From Pseudomonas phage vB_Pa-PAC6, in sequence record PP408253.1: a stretch of 24,000 bases of DNA; one strand, given 5' to 3'. Made by a program: the position numbers and the translations under genes. Below are positions 8,321 through 15,003 of the stretch, in pieces; the stretch's first letter is position 1, and every line of letters begins with the position of its first letter. The notes beneath the pieces are model-generated. The model saw only the letters and a list, made by a program, of their open reading frames with translations. It ran no database searches and was not told the origin of the DNA.

Positions 8321-8650
8321 TCAGAGGATGATCTGCTTGACCATCGTCAGCAGGCGGTCGAAGTCGCGCGTGAAGTGGGTGATCTTCAGGCCGGACTTGT
8401 TCGGGTGGTAGCACAGGCCCTCCGGGGTCGCCATTTCAGCGTAGTGGATGGAGTGGACCTGGTTCCAGCTCAGGGTCGCCGGGTTCCAGACTTCCGCCCG
8501 GGCGAAGGACTGGAACTTGTAGCTGTCGGACTTGATCGTGAGGCGCACCTTGAAGTCGCCCAGGGACAGGACGCGGCGGGCGGTCACGTCCTGGCGACCC
8601 TGGTTGATGGTCTCCTCCAGGAGGTTGGTCTTGGGGGCGGTCTTGGTCAT
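8321..8650 (-). CDS. Hypothetical protein
   Basis: 109 aa, preceded by CCAGAAAAGGAGCAAAACC-ATG (good RBS). Confidence 0.65.
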   Translation of the reverse strand: MTKTAPKTNLLEETINQGRQDVTARRVLSLGDFKVRLTIKSDSYKFQSFARAEVWNPATLSWNQVHSIHYAEMATPEGLCYHPNKSGLKITHFTRDFDRLLTMVKQIIL

Positions 8651-8675
8651 GGTTTTGCTCCTTTTCTGGGAAGTT

Positions 8676-8698
8676 CGGGGCGGATCGGCTCCGCCCCG
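8676..8698. other. Perfect 9-bp stem hairpin in an intergenic gap
   Basis: CGGGGCGGA-tcggc-TCCGCCCCG between the end of the ArdB-like gene and the next gene. No U-tract on either side, so not called as a terminator. Confidence 0.6.
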
Positions 8699-8707
8699 AG
8701 GGGTTGG

Positions 8708-9121
8708 TCAGTCGATGGCGGCGATGATTTCCTCAGCCTCCGGGTGGTCGAAGGCGAAGTCACGCAGCTTGTAGAACAGGTCCACGTAGTCCTGGCGCTG
8801 CGGGTACTTCCAGCAGAGGGCGTTGAACACGAACAGGCAGGTGATCAGGCCCGCGGCGTCTCCGCTGACCTCGCCCGAGTAGCCGTTGGTGTCCACGGTC
8901 AGTCGCAGCTTTCGGTCGGTGATCGCGGGGGCCAGGTACATCGCACCGTTGGACAGCTGGTACATGAACCAGTACCCGCCGTTGTAGTCCTCCGGGGCCA
9001 TCTTCTGGAGGTGGTCATACAGGGCCATTTCGACCCGGAGGAAGTCCGCCCCGAAGTGGGCCGGGAGGACCTGGAGGCGCTGGTCATCGTTGTCGATGCG
9101 GGTTGCGGTGATCTTGCTCAT
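8708..9121 (-). CDS. ardB: ArdB-family antirestriction protein
   Basis: 137 aa; 'EDYNGGYWFMYQLSNGAMYLAPAI...LRLTVDTNGYSGEVSGDAAGLITCLFVFNALCWKYP...LFYKLRDFAFDHPEAEEIIAAID' follows the ArdB signature across nearly the full length. Confidence 0.85.
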   Translation of the reverse strand: MSKITATRIDNDDQRLQVLPAHFGADFLRVEMALYDHLQKMAPEDYNGGYWFMYQLSNGAMYLAPAITDRKLRLTVDTNGYSGEVSGDAAGLITCLFVFNALCWKYPQRQDYVDLFYKLRDFAFDHPEAEEIIAAID

Positions 9122-9171
9122 GTCGTGTGCTCCATTTCTGAATGTGGTCGGGACCGCCCCGACCTGAAAGA

Positions 9172-9200
9172 AGTATAGTGGGGGCTCCCGAAGAAGTAAA
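9172..9200 (-). promoter_or_regulatory. Putative promoter (module copy A)
   Basis: Minus strand TTTACT - 17 nt - TATACT within TTTACTTCTTCGGGAGCCCCCACTATACTTCTT (-35 9195..9200, -10 9172..9177), upstream of the ArdB-like gene. Confidence 0.75.
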
Positions 9201-9215
9201 GCCCCCGGAGGTGGA

Positions 9216-9686
9216 TCAATCGACCCATGGCGGTCGGAGTCCTCGCGCGGCTCGAAGGCCGGACCGCTCCCGCCTCGCCTTGTCGCAGATCAGCTCGCCG
9301 TCCGCCTCCGTCATGTCTGTCCCGGTCCCGAAGCTGAAGCCCGGGATTGTCGCGCGGAGGACCGCGAGCCCGTGGGCGAGACGTTCTGGGCTATCACCCA
9401 TCACCGCGAACTCCTCGCCCGACACACGGAACACCCAGTCAGCTCCGAAGGATCGCACGAGGGCGTCCGCCAGGACCTGTAGGGCTTGATCACCGGCGCG
9501 GTGGCCCAGGTTGTCATTGATCCACTTCAGCGAGTCCAGATCAACGAGGGCGACGGCCCGGACCTCCCCGAGGGCTCCGGCGAAGGCCCTGCGGTTGAGG
9601 ACCCCGGTGAGGGGGTCCTTGTACAGGGCGTCATACAACTCTGCCTCCGACATGCTGCGGAGGGCTTCGAGGAGGTTGGGGCGCAT
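9216..9686 (-). CDS. GGDEF-domain-like (putative nucleotidyl cyclase) protein
   Basis: 156 aa; 'DPLTGVLNRRAFAGAL...VALVDLDSLKWINDNLGHRAGDQALQVLADAL...VFRVSGEEFAVMG...FSFGTG...ADGELICDKARRERS'. This is the GGDEF fold pattern with an SGEEF active-site loop. Confidence 0.82.
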   Translation of the reverse strand: MRPNLLEALRSMSEAELYDALYKDPLTGVLNRRAFAGALGEVRAVALVDLDSLKWINDNLGHRAGDQALQVLADALVRSFGADWVFRVSGEEFAVMGDSPERLAHGLAVLRATIPGFSFGTGTDMTEADGELICDKARRERSGLRAARGLRPPWVD

Positions 9687-9690
9687 CCGG

Positions 9691-10287
9691 TCAGTCCTCC
9701 AGCACCGCGATCCGCGGGACAACGGTCTGGGCCTGGCCGCGGTACTCCGCGTGCTCCTTCACGGTGGCCTTGATCTTCAGCTCCTCGCCCTCCTCCGCGT
9801 AGAAGGCCCCGGACTTCGACACGAGGCAGGCCCCGGTCGCGCGGTCGATCATCGTGATGATGTGGACCGTCTCGATGCCGTAGCCGTTCCAGGCGTCCCG
9901 GGCGAAGGTGTAGCGGCGCACCACGGTCACGTCGAAGGTCATGCGCTTCTTCGGCTCGCCCACGTACAGGTCAGGCTTCGGCTTCGGCAGGGCGAGGTGC
10001 GGGACCCGGCGGGCGACCTCCTGGGCGGTCAGGCGCATCAGGCCTCCTTCCTCGAAGTCCTGGAGCCCGCCCTGGTCCCGCCAGAACTGGACCGTGGAGG
10101 CATCGACCTCGCCGCCCAGCAGCAGGGCGCTGTGGAGGTCCACGTCCACCTCGAACAGGTCCGGCTTCACCAATCCGGTTCGGCTGTTGAACGGGATCGC
10201 CCCGACCTGAATGACCCCGGCATTGGGGCCGGTCGCCATCGTCTCCAGGTCGATCATCACGCTGTCCATCGTGTTGTCGTCACTCAT
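9691..10287 (-). CDS. DnaQ-like 3'-5' exonuclease N-terminal segment fused to a second domain; catalytic core apparently incomplete
   Basis: 'SVMIDLETMATGPNAGVIQVGAIPFNSRTG' is an Exo I-type motif. The expected later motifs (central Asp, HxxxxD) are not visible. The C-terminal part is 'DVTVVRRYTFARDAWNGYGIETVHIITM...IKATVKEHAEYRGQAQTVVPRI'. Confidence 0.65.
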   Translation of the reverse strand: MSDDNTMDSVMIDLETMATGPNAGVIQVGAIPFNSRTGLVKPDLFEVDVDLHSALLLGGEVDASTVQFWRDQGGLQDFEEGGLMRLTAQEVARRVPHLALPKPKPDLYVGEPKKRMTFDVTVVRRYTFARDAWNGYGIETVHIITMIDRATGACLVSKSGAFYAEEGEELKIKATVKEHAEYRGQAQTVVPRIAVLED

Positions 10288-10288
10288 G

Positions 10289-10570
10289 TCACTTCTCCTT
10301 CTTCAGTTTGATCTCATTGAATCGTACAAACTCTTGCCACACGGGGCATTCCTGGACCGACTCGCCGCCCTCCACCACTTCGCAGTAGGGGCGGGCCTCC
10401 GTCCGGTTGAGGCAGTTACAGTGGCGGCAGTCGCCGGACCCATAGTGCGACTCCCACTGCTCCACGGCGATGAAGTAGCCCGAGCAGCGACCGCCCCCGA
10501 AGCGGTGCGGGAACCGATAGGCCCCGCAGGTGCAGACGTATTCCCCGCGGCGGGGCTTCCGGCGGGCCAT
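10289..10570 (-). CDS. Cysteine-rich hypothetical protein
   Basis: 93 aa with 'VCTCGAYRFPHRFGGGRCSG...CRHCNCLN...CPVW'. Confidence 0.6.
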   Translation of the reverse strand: MARRKPRRGEYVCTCGAYRFPHRFGGGRCSGYFIAVEQWESHYGSGDCRHCNCLNRTEARPYCEVVEGGESVQECPVWQEFVRFNEIKLKKEK

Positions 10571-11253
10571 CAGCGGAATTGATAGGGGTCGCGGTGGGGT
10601 TCGCCCAGGTCAAGGCGCGGTCCGCGGCGATCCGGTCCGCTGATGTAGCTGACCCCGACCTGTCCGACCCGCTCATGGACCTCGTTGCGCACTCCCGGCA
10701 GCGGCGGTTCGCCTTCCGTCACGCGGTCGATGTACCCTTGGGCGCGGGCCAGGTTCAGCTCCGACCGGCGGCGGGCGTCCCGCTCCGCCTCCAGCTCCTT
10801 GCGGAACACCTCCCGCTCCTTGTCCAGCGACCGGCGGGCCTCGTTGCGCTCGCCTTCGAGGCGTCCGGCGATCCCCTCCAGCTCCGCGATCCGGGCCGCG
10901 GCCTTGTCCAGAGCGGCTTGGAGGTTCGAGGCGACGATGTCCCGGGCCTTGAGCTGGTGATCCAGCCATTCGCGGAAGGTCGCCCCGAGGACGGAGGGCT
11001 GACCGTCCGTTCCGTCGCCGCGGTTGTACAGCATCATGGCGAAGTTGCCGATGTCCACGGGGTCGCCCTTCTCCAGGTGATCCAGCAGCATCACCGCGAG
11101 GGTGTCCAGTTGACACTGGTCGGGGTCGTGCCAACCGCCCCGGCCCTCCGCCCGCTTTTTCTCCAGCTTGCGGCGCATCGCGTCCGCGAAGTCGGCCACG
11201 CCTTGGTTGTCGATGAACTCAGCAGTGACGTCCGTCATGTCGATATGTTCCAT
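10570..11253 (-). CDS. Hypothetical protein with central coiled-coil-like region
   Basis: 227 aa; start MEHIDMTD preceded by AACGGAGAACAAAC-ATG; central Glu/Arg-rich helical segment. Confidence 0.7.
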   Translation of the reverse strand: MEHIDMTDVTAEFIDNQGVADFADAMRRKLEKKRAEGRGGWHDPDQCQLDTLAVMLLDHLEKGDPVDIGNFAMMLYNRGDGTDGQPSVLGATFREWLDHQLKARDIVASNLQAALDKAAARIAELEGIAGRLEGERNEARRSLDKEREVFRKELEAERDARRRSELNLARAQGYIDRVTEGEPPLPGVRNEVHERVGQVGVSYISGPDRRGPRLDLGEPHRDPYQFR

Positions 11254-11279
11254 GTTTGTTCTCCGTTTCTGTCGGGTTG

Positions 11280-11897
11280 TCAATCTTCGTCAGGCAGTCG
11301 CCATTCGTCCTTCTTCACCTTCTTCATCTTCGCCTTGCCCAACCAGTTCGAGGAGGCGAGGTGGAGGGCGTAGTCATGACACACCACCTGCCCGTCGATC
11401 AGGCCGAAGTTCTCCGGCTTCAGGTCGGTGAAGAAGTCGGGCAGCTCCTTCGGCAGTTCGCCATGGGGCAGGGGTCGCGTCCGCTCCTGAATCAGGACGA
11501 TACCACAGGGGCTGATGCGGCGGCACGGGGCGAACCAGCGCGCCCAGGGGGTGAATTGGACCTCGTGCCACATCTGCCATTCCGCGACATTCTGGAAGGA
11601 CTGGGCCGTGGTTTCGACCTTAGCCACGAGGGCGGTTTGTCCGTGGAGGGCGTACACCTGGCGGGCGACTCCGAACCCCAGGCGGTCGCCCAAGAAGGTC
11701 CTGATGAAGTCGTTTTTCACCACGCTGCCCCACTGTTCGTGATCAAGTTCCAAGGGGTGTTTCTCCGGTAGGGGTTGTTGGTCGAAGCCCGGGGCCATCA
11801 TCCCGGGCCAGGTGATCGGTCCCGACTCCGGCGGCGGGGCGGCGGGCGTCCGCCTGAACAGGCTCCGCAGCCAGCTCAGAACTCGCTCATGATCCAT
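11280..11897 (-). CDS. Minimal protein-kinase-like protein
   Basis: 205 aa; 'LGDRLGFGVARQVYAL...ALVAKVE...QNVAEWQMWHEV...IVLIQERTRPL...FFTDLKPENFGLIDGQVVCHDYA'. Resembles a Gly-rich loop, VAxK lysine, DLKxxN catalytic loop and DYA in place of DFG. Confidence 0.65.
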   Translation of the reverse strand: MDHERVLSWLRSLFRRTPAAPPPESGPITWPGMMAPGFDQQPLPEKHPLELDHEQWGSVVKNDFIRTFLGDRLGFGVARQVYALHGQTALVAKVETTAQSFQNVAEWQMWHEVQFTPWARWFAPCRRISPCGIVLIQERTRPLPHGELPKELPDFFTDLKPENFGLIDGQVVCHDYALHLASSNWLGKAKMKKVKKDEWRLPDED

Positions 11898-12043
11898 ATT
11901 CTCACTCCTTCGGTCTTGCGCATCTTGAATCGGAGGTTCCGGGCATCCTGGCAGGCGCGCGAGTAGCCACCCACCACCTTCTTCGTCTGGAGGGTGCCGC
12001 CCGGGACGATCCAGCACAGCTCCCAGCTCCGGTCCTCCTTCAC
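11876..12043 (-). CDS. Small hypothetical protein (GTG start)
   Basis: Manual translation (55 aa) (V/M)KEDRSWELCWIVPGGTLQTKKVVGGYSRACQDARNLRFKMRKTEGVRIWIMSEF. GTGA overlap with the upstream ORF stop; fills an otherwise empty gap. Confidence 0.5.
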   Translation of the reverse strand: MKEDRSWELCWIVPGGTLQTKKVVGGYSRACQDARNLRFKMRKTEGVRIWIMSEF

Positions 12044-12309
12044 GCCCCCGCCCTCATCTTGTCCACCGTCTCCTTGCCCAGGACCCGCTCCAGCTCCTCC
12101 CAGGAGGTCGCCCGCGAGCCGTCGCCGGTCGGGATGCCTTGGGCCGTCTCGCGCTGGTCCACGATAGCCTCCACGATAGCCTGGCGGAACAGGGCGAAGG
12201 CGAGAAGGCGGAGGCCCCCGTGGATCGCCGCGTCAAGGTTCACCGGCGGCAACCGCTCCGCCTTGGGCTTGTACGTCCCGTTGGGGCGCTTGTTCTGGTC
12301 TTGGTTCAT
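12040..12309 (-). CDS. Hypothetical protein
   Basis: 89 aa; same-strand operonic packing. Confidence 0.6.
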   Translation of the reverse strand: MNQDQNKRPNGTYKPKAERLPPVNLDAAIHGGLRLLAFALFRQAIVEAIVDQRETAQGIPTGDGSRATSWEELERVLGKETVDKMRAGA

Positions 12310-12313
12310 GGCG

Positions 12314-12601
12314 TCAGCCCTCCTTCACGCAGAGGTCGATGATCAGCAGGTTGAAGCGGTCCGGGTCGCGCTCCTCGCGGATCGCCTCCCAGTGCCCGCC
12401 TTCGATCCGGCGCAGCTCCAGGTGGTAGTTCCCGGGCTCGCCCAGGAAGGCGAGCTGGTACGCTTCCCCGGTCCAGGCGGCGCGCTCCGGGTAGGTGAGC
12501 TGGGTGGGCGAGTCCTTCACGATGTTCCCGCCCAGGCCCCGTCCGTGGAGTTCGCTCAGGAAGTCGCCCACGTAGGCTTCGACTTGGTCAAATGGTATCA
12601 T
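12314..12601 (-). CDS. Hypothetical protein
   Basis: 95 aa 'MIPFDQVEAYVGDFLSELHGRGLGGNIVKD...'. Confidence 0.6.
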   Translation of the reverse strand: MIPFDQVEAYVGDFLSELHGRGLGGNIVKDSPTQLTYPERAAWTGEAYQLAFLGEPGNYHLELRRIEGGHWEAIREERDPDRFNLLIIDLCVKEG

Positions 12602-12603
12602 GG

Positions 12604-12900
12604 TCAGTCCTCGAAGGCCCCGCGGGCGGTTTGGCGTTGAATCTCAGCGAAGTGGCGCACGAGGCGAGCCCGGCGGAACTCCACCTGGCGGGCGACCGGG
12701 GTGCCGTTCAGAACTTCGTCCGCGGTGTGGCGCCCATACACGCTGTCCAGGTAGTTGCGGACCTCCTCCGGCTTCGCGGAGGGGATCGCGGCGGCAATCG
12801 CCTCGAAGGCCACGGCCCAAGCCTTGCGCGCGGCCTCCTCGCCCTTCTTCTGGGCGTAGGTTCCGAAGAAGCCGTGGCCTGGGTTGTTGGTCTCAATCAT
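12604..12900 (-). CDS. Hypothetical protein
   Basis: 98 aa from MIETNNPGHGFFGTY. A start further upstream at 12918 is also possible. Confidence 0.6.
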   Translation of the reverse strand: MIETNNPGHGFFGTYAQKKGEEAARKAWAVAFEAIAAAIPSAKPEEVRNYLDSVYGRHTADEVLNGTPVARQVEFRRARLVRHFAEIQRQTARGAFED

Positions 12901-12917
12901 CGTTCGTCTCCGTGTCA

Positions 12918-13247
12918 TCAGGGATTGTCGTCATCCGGCTTCGGGAGGAGGGCGAGCAGCGCCCGGCGTCTCCACCACGGGAGTTCCTTCAGCTGGAGCG
13001 GTCGCGGTCCGGGAATCGCCAGGGCGGGCGATCCGAAACGATGCGCCAGCGTGTCAAAATGGCGGCGCAGATCGGCTTCCAGGTAGTCCTCCACAAAATA
13101 CTCCCGGCGCTGGACTCGGCACCGGACCCGCTCCGAGGCGAGGACGCCCCGGGCGATGACCAGGAACTCCTCCCAGTCCGCGACCGGAAGGCGTTGCCGG
13201 TACTCCTCGAACAGAACGGCCAGGGCCGCTTCGTCCAGGTCTTTCAC
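12918..13247 (-). CDS. Hypothetical protein (GTG start)
   Basis: 109 aa starting (V/M)KDLDEAALAVLFEEYRQ, with GTGA overlap with the upstream gene stop. The longer ORF to 13583 overlaps another gene and is unlikely. Confidence 0.55.
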   Translation of the reverse strand: MKDLDEAALAVLFEEYRQRLPVADWEEFLVIARGVLASERVRCRVQRREYFVEDYLEADLRRHFDTLAHRFGSPALAIPGPRPLQLKELPWWRRRALLALLPKPDDDNP

Positions 13248-13720
13248 AGCTGACCTCCGTGTAGTTCCCCGAGGCGCTGATTCAGCCACGCGACCTCCTT
13301 TGGCAGGAGCTGTTCCTGGTGGTCCACGAGGTAGCGCAGACGGCGCAACTGTTCCTGGTTCTCGTTGGACAGCTTCGCCACGTTGCTTTCGAGGCGCTTC
13401 AGCTTCGCGGGTACGTCCTTGGCGAGTTCCGCCATCAGCCGGCACTCCTCCCCGAAGGCGCGGATGGCGTCCCGGGACGCGGCCACGGGGTCGATGTTGT
13501 CCCCGTAGTTGTTGCCCAGGTACTCCGCGCAAGCGGCTCCCGCCGTCCCGATCAACTGGAGGAGGTGCTGCTGGCTCGCGCACTGGCCCGGGTCGATGTC
13601 CGTGGAGGACTTCAAGCCGGGGCGCTTCTGGCTGTACACGAGGACCGTCACTTGGTACTTGCGGGGGTCCTCCGGGTTGCGCCCGAGGCGGGCCTGGACG
13701 CCCTGGATGGTAGTGGTCAT
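13244..13720 (-). CDS. Hypothetical protein
   Basis: 158 aa from MTTTIQGVQARLGRN. Start coupled to the upstream gene end at 13717. Confidence 0.65.
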   Translation of the reverse strand: MTTTIQGVQARLGRNPEDPRKYQVTVLVYSQKRPGLKSSTDIDPGQCASQQHLLQLIGTAGAACAEYLGNNYGDNIDPVAASRDAIRAFGEECRLMAELAKDVPAKLKRLESNVAKLSNENQEQLRRLRYLVDHQEQLLPKEVAWLNQRLGELHGGQL

Positions 13721-14322
13721 GCCGGTTCTCCTTCGCACCGGGGGTTGGCTTTCCAGAAGGCGCGCAGCTCGCGGCCCAGGTAGATGTTCACGCCGTCCTG
13801 GCCCTCGAAGAAGCCCCCGGCCCGGAAGGTCGGCACCACGGCGTCCTGCGCCCCGGCGGCGATCCCGTCCGCGGATTGAGCCCAGTTCAGGGCTTGATCG
13901 GCGGAGTCGAAACCCTGCGCCGTGAAGAAGCTGCCGGAGTCGCTGATGATGTAGAACTTGTCCAACTCCATTTCCAGACCGCTTCCGGGGTCCAGGAAGG
14001 TTTCCACGTGCTGCATCTTCCCGGTCGGGCTCCGTCCCCAGGAGCGGTTGCGGTTCACGCTCATCTTGTAGTCCACCACGGTCTGGAGGTCCACGTTCAG
14101 CTTCTCCGCGACCTGGGCGAGCATGATGAACACGTCCGCGCACTCCTTCTGGAGTTCCTGGACCAACTCCTGGTCCACGTCCGCGACCGGGACGGCGGCG
14201 ACGGTAGCGAGGCCCGCGACCAGCTCCGCCACCTCCACGTTCATCCGCGCGGCGACTTCCGCGGGGTGCTTCGGGCCGAAGGTGTCGTCAGCCCAGCGGG
14301 TGATTGATTCTTGGGTTTCCAT
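13717..14322 (-). CDS. MazG-like nucleotide pyrophosphohydrolase domain protein with C-terminal extension
   Basis: 'ITRWADDTFGPKHPAEVAARMNVEVAELVAGLA...LQKECADVFIMLAQVAEKLNVDLQTVVDYKMSVNRNRSW' has the ExxEL / EExxD-type helices of the all-alpha NTP-PPase superfamily. Confidence 0.8.
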   Translation of the reverse strand: METQESITRWADDTFGPKHPAEVAARMNVEVAELVAGLATVAAVPVADVDQELVQELQKECADVFIMLAQVAEKLNVDLQTVVDYKMSVNRNRSWGRSPTGKMQHVETFLDPGSGLEMELDKFYIISDSGSFFTAQGFDSADQALNWAQSADGIAAGAQDAVVPTFRAGGFFEGQDGVNIYLGRELRAFWKANPRCEGEPA

Positions 14323-14324
14323 AT

Positions 14325-14594
14325 TCAGTTGGTTCTCCGAGGTTCACAAACAATAGTCTTGCCCAGGGGCCGCGACGGATCGCGGCGGCACTCCAGGCGC
14401 TCAAACCGGGACGGGTCCGGCTTTCCTGCCTCCGCCGGTACGGTGACGCGGACCGGCGGGGCGAGACGGGGCGAGAAGCTGCCGACCTGCGCCCGGCGGA
14501 CCGTCTCCTGGGCAGAGTACAGGGGGCGATCCTCCGCTTGCGCCTGCGTGGCGAGCGGCAGCAGGACGGCCAGGGCGAGGGTCATCAGTCTCAT
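14325..14594 (-). CDS. Small predicted exported protein
   Basis: 89 aa; MRLMTLALAVLLPLATQAQA signal-peptide-like N-terminus. Start lies just downstream of promoter copy B. Confidence 0.65.
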   Translation of the reverse strand: MRLMTLALAVLLPLATQAQAEDRPLYSAQETVRRAQVGSFSPRLAPPVRVTVPAEAGKPDPSRFERLECRRDPSRPLGKTIVCEPRRTN

Positions 14595-14628
14595 GATCTG
14601 GCTCCTTCGGTTCGGGGTCAGTGAAGAA

Positions 14629-14657
14629 AGTATAGTCACGGACCCCGAAGAAGTAAA
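14629..14657 (-). promoter_or_regulatory. Putative promoter (module copy B)
   Basis: Minus strand TTTACTTCTTCGGGGTCCGTGACTATACTTTCTTC (-35 14652..14657, 17 nt spacer, -10 14629..14634). Confidence 0.78.
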
Positions 14658-14661
14658 GTGG

Positions 14662-15003
14662 TCAGTGCTTCGAGGCCGTCATGGACTGGAGGAGGTCGCC
14701 CAAGGAGGGGCGGGCGTCCTCCGCCTCGCGCTTGCTCAGGAAGGCGCAGCCGTGGTCATCCAGATAGCTCGCGTCCAGTTCCCACTCGCCCAACTCCTCC
14801 ATCGGGAGGTCCGCGGCGTTCATGAGCACCGGCCAGGCCCGGCTCATCTGCTCCTGGGCGTCCCGCCCGAGTTCGTTCAGTCGCTCCTGGAACTCGCGCT
14901 CCAGCTCCGCCTTCTGGGCGTGGGCTTGTTGGTGGATGCCGTGGACGGCCCGGGCGGCGGTCAGGGCGTCTCCGGTGAGACGGATGGTGGTCTTGCGGCT
15001 CAT
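14662..15003 (-). CDS. Hypothetical protein
   Basis: 113 aa 'MSRKTTIRLTGDALTAARAVHGIHQQAHAQKAELEREFQ...'; ATGA-type overlap with the upstream gene. Confidence 0.6.
   Translation of the reverse strand: MSRKTTIRLTGDALTAARAVHGIHQQAHAQKAELEREFQERLNELGRDAQEQMSRAWPVLMNAADLPMEELGEWELDASYLDDHGCAFLSKREAEDARPSLGDLLQSMTASKH

Noticed and set aside
13721-14143. Upstream extension of the 13244..14143 minus-strand ORF
   Set aside because: This part overlaps the MazG-like gene in another frame. The coupled start at 13720 is more parsimonious.
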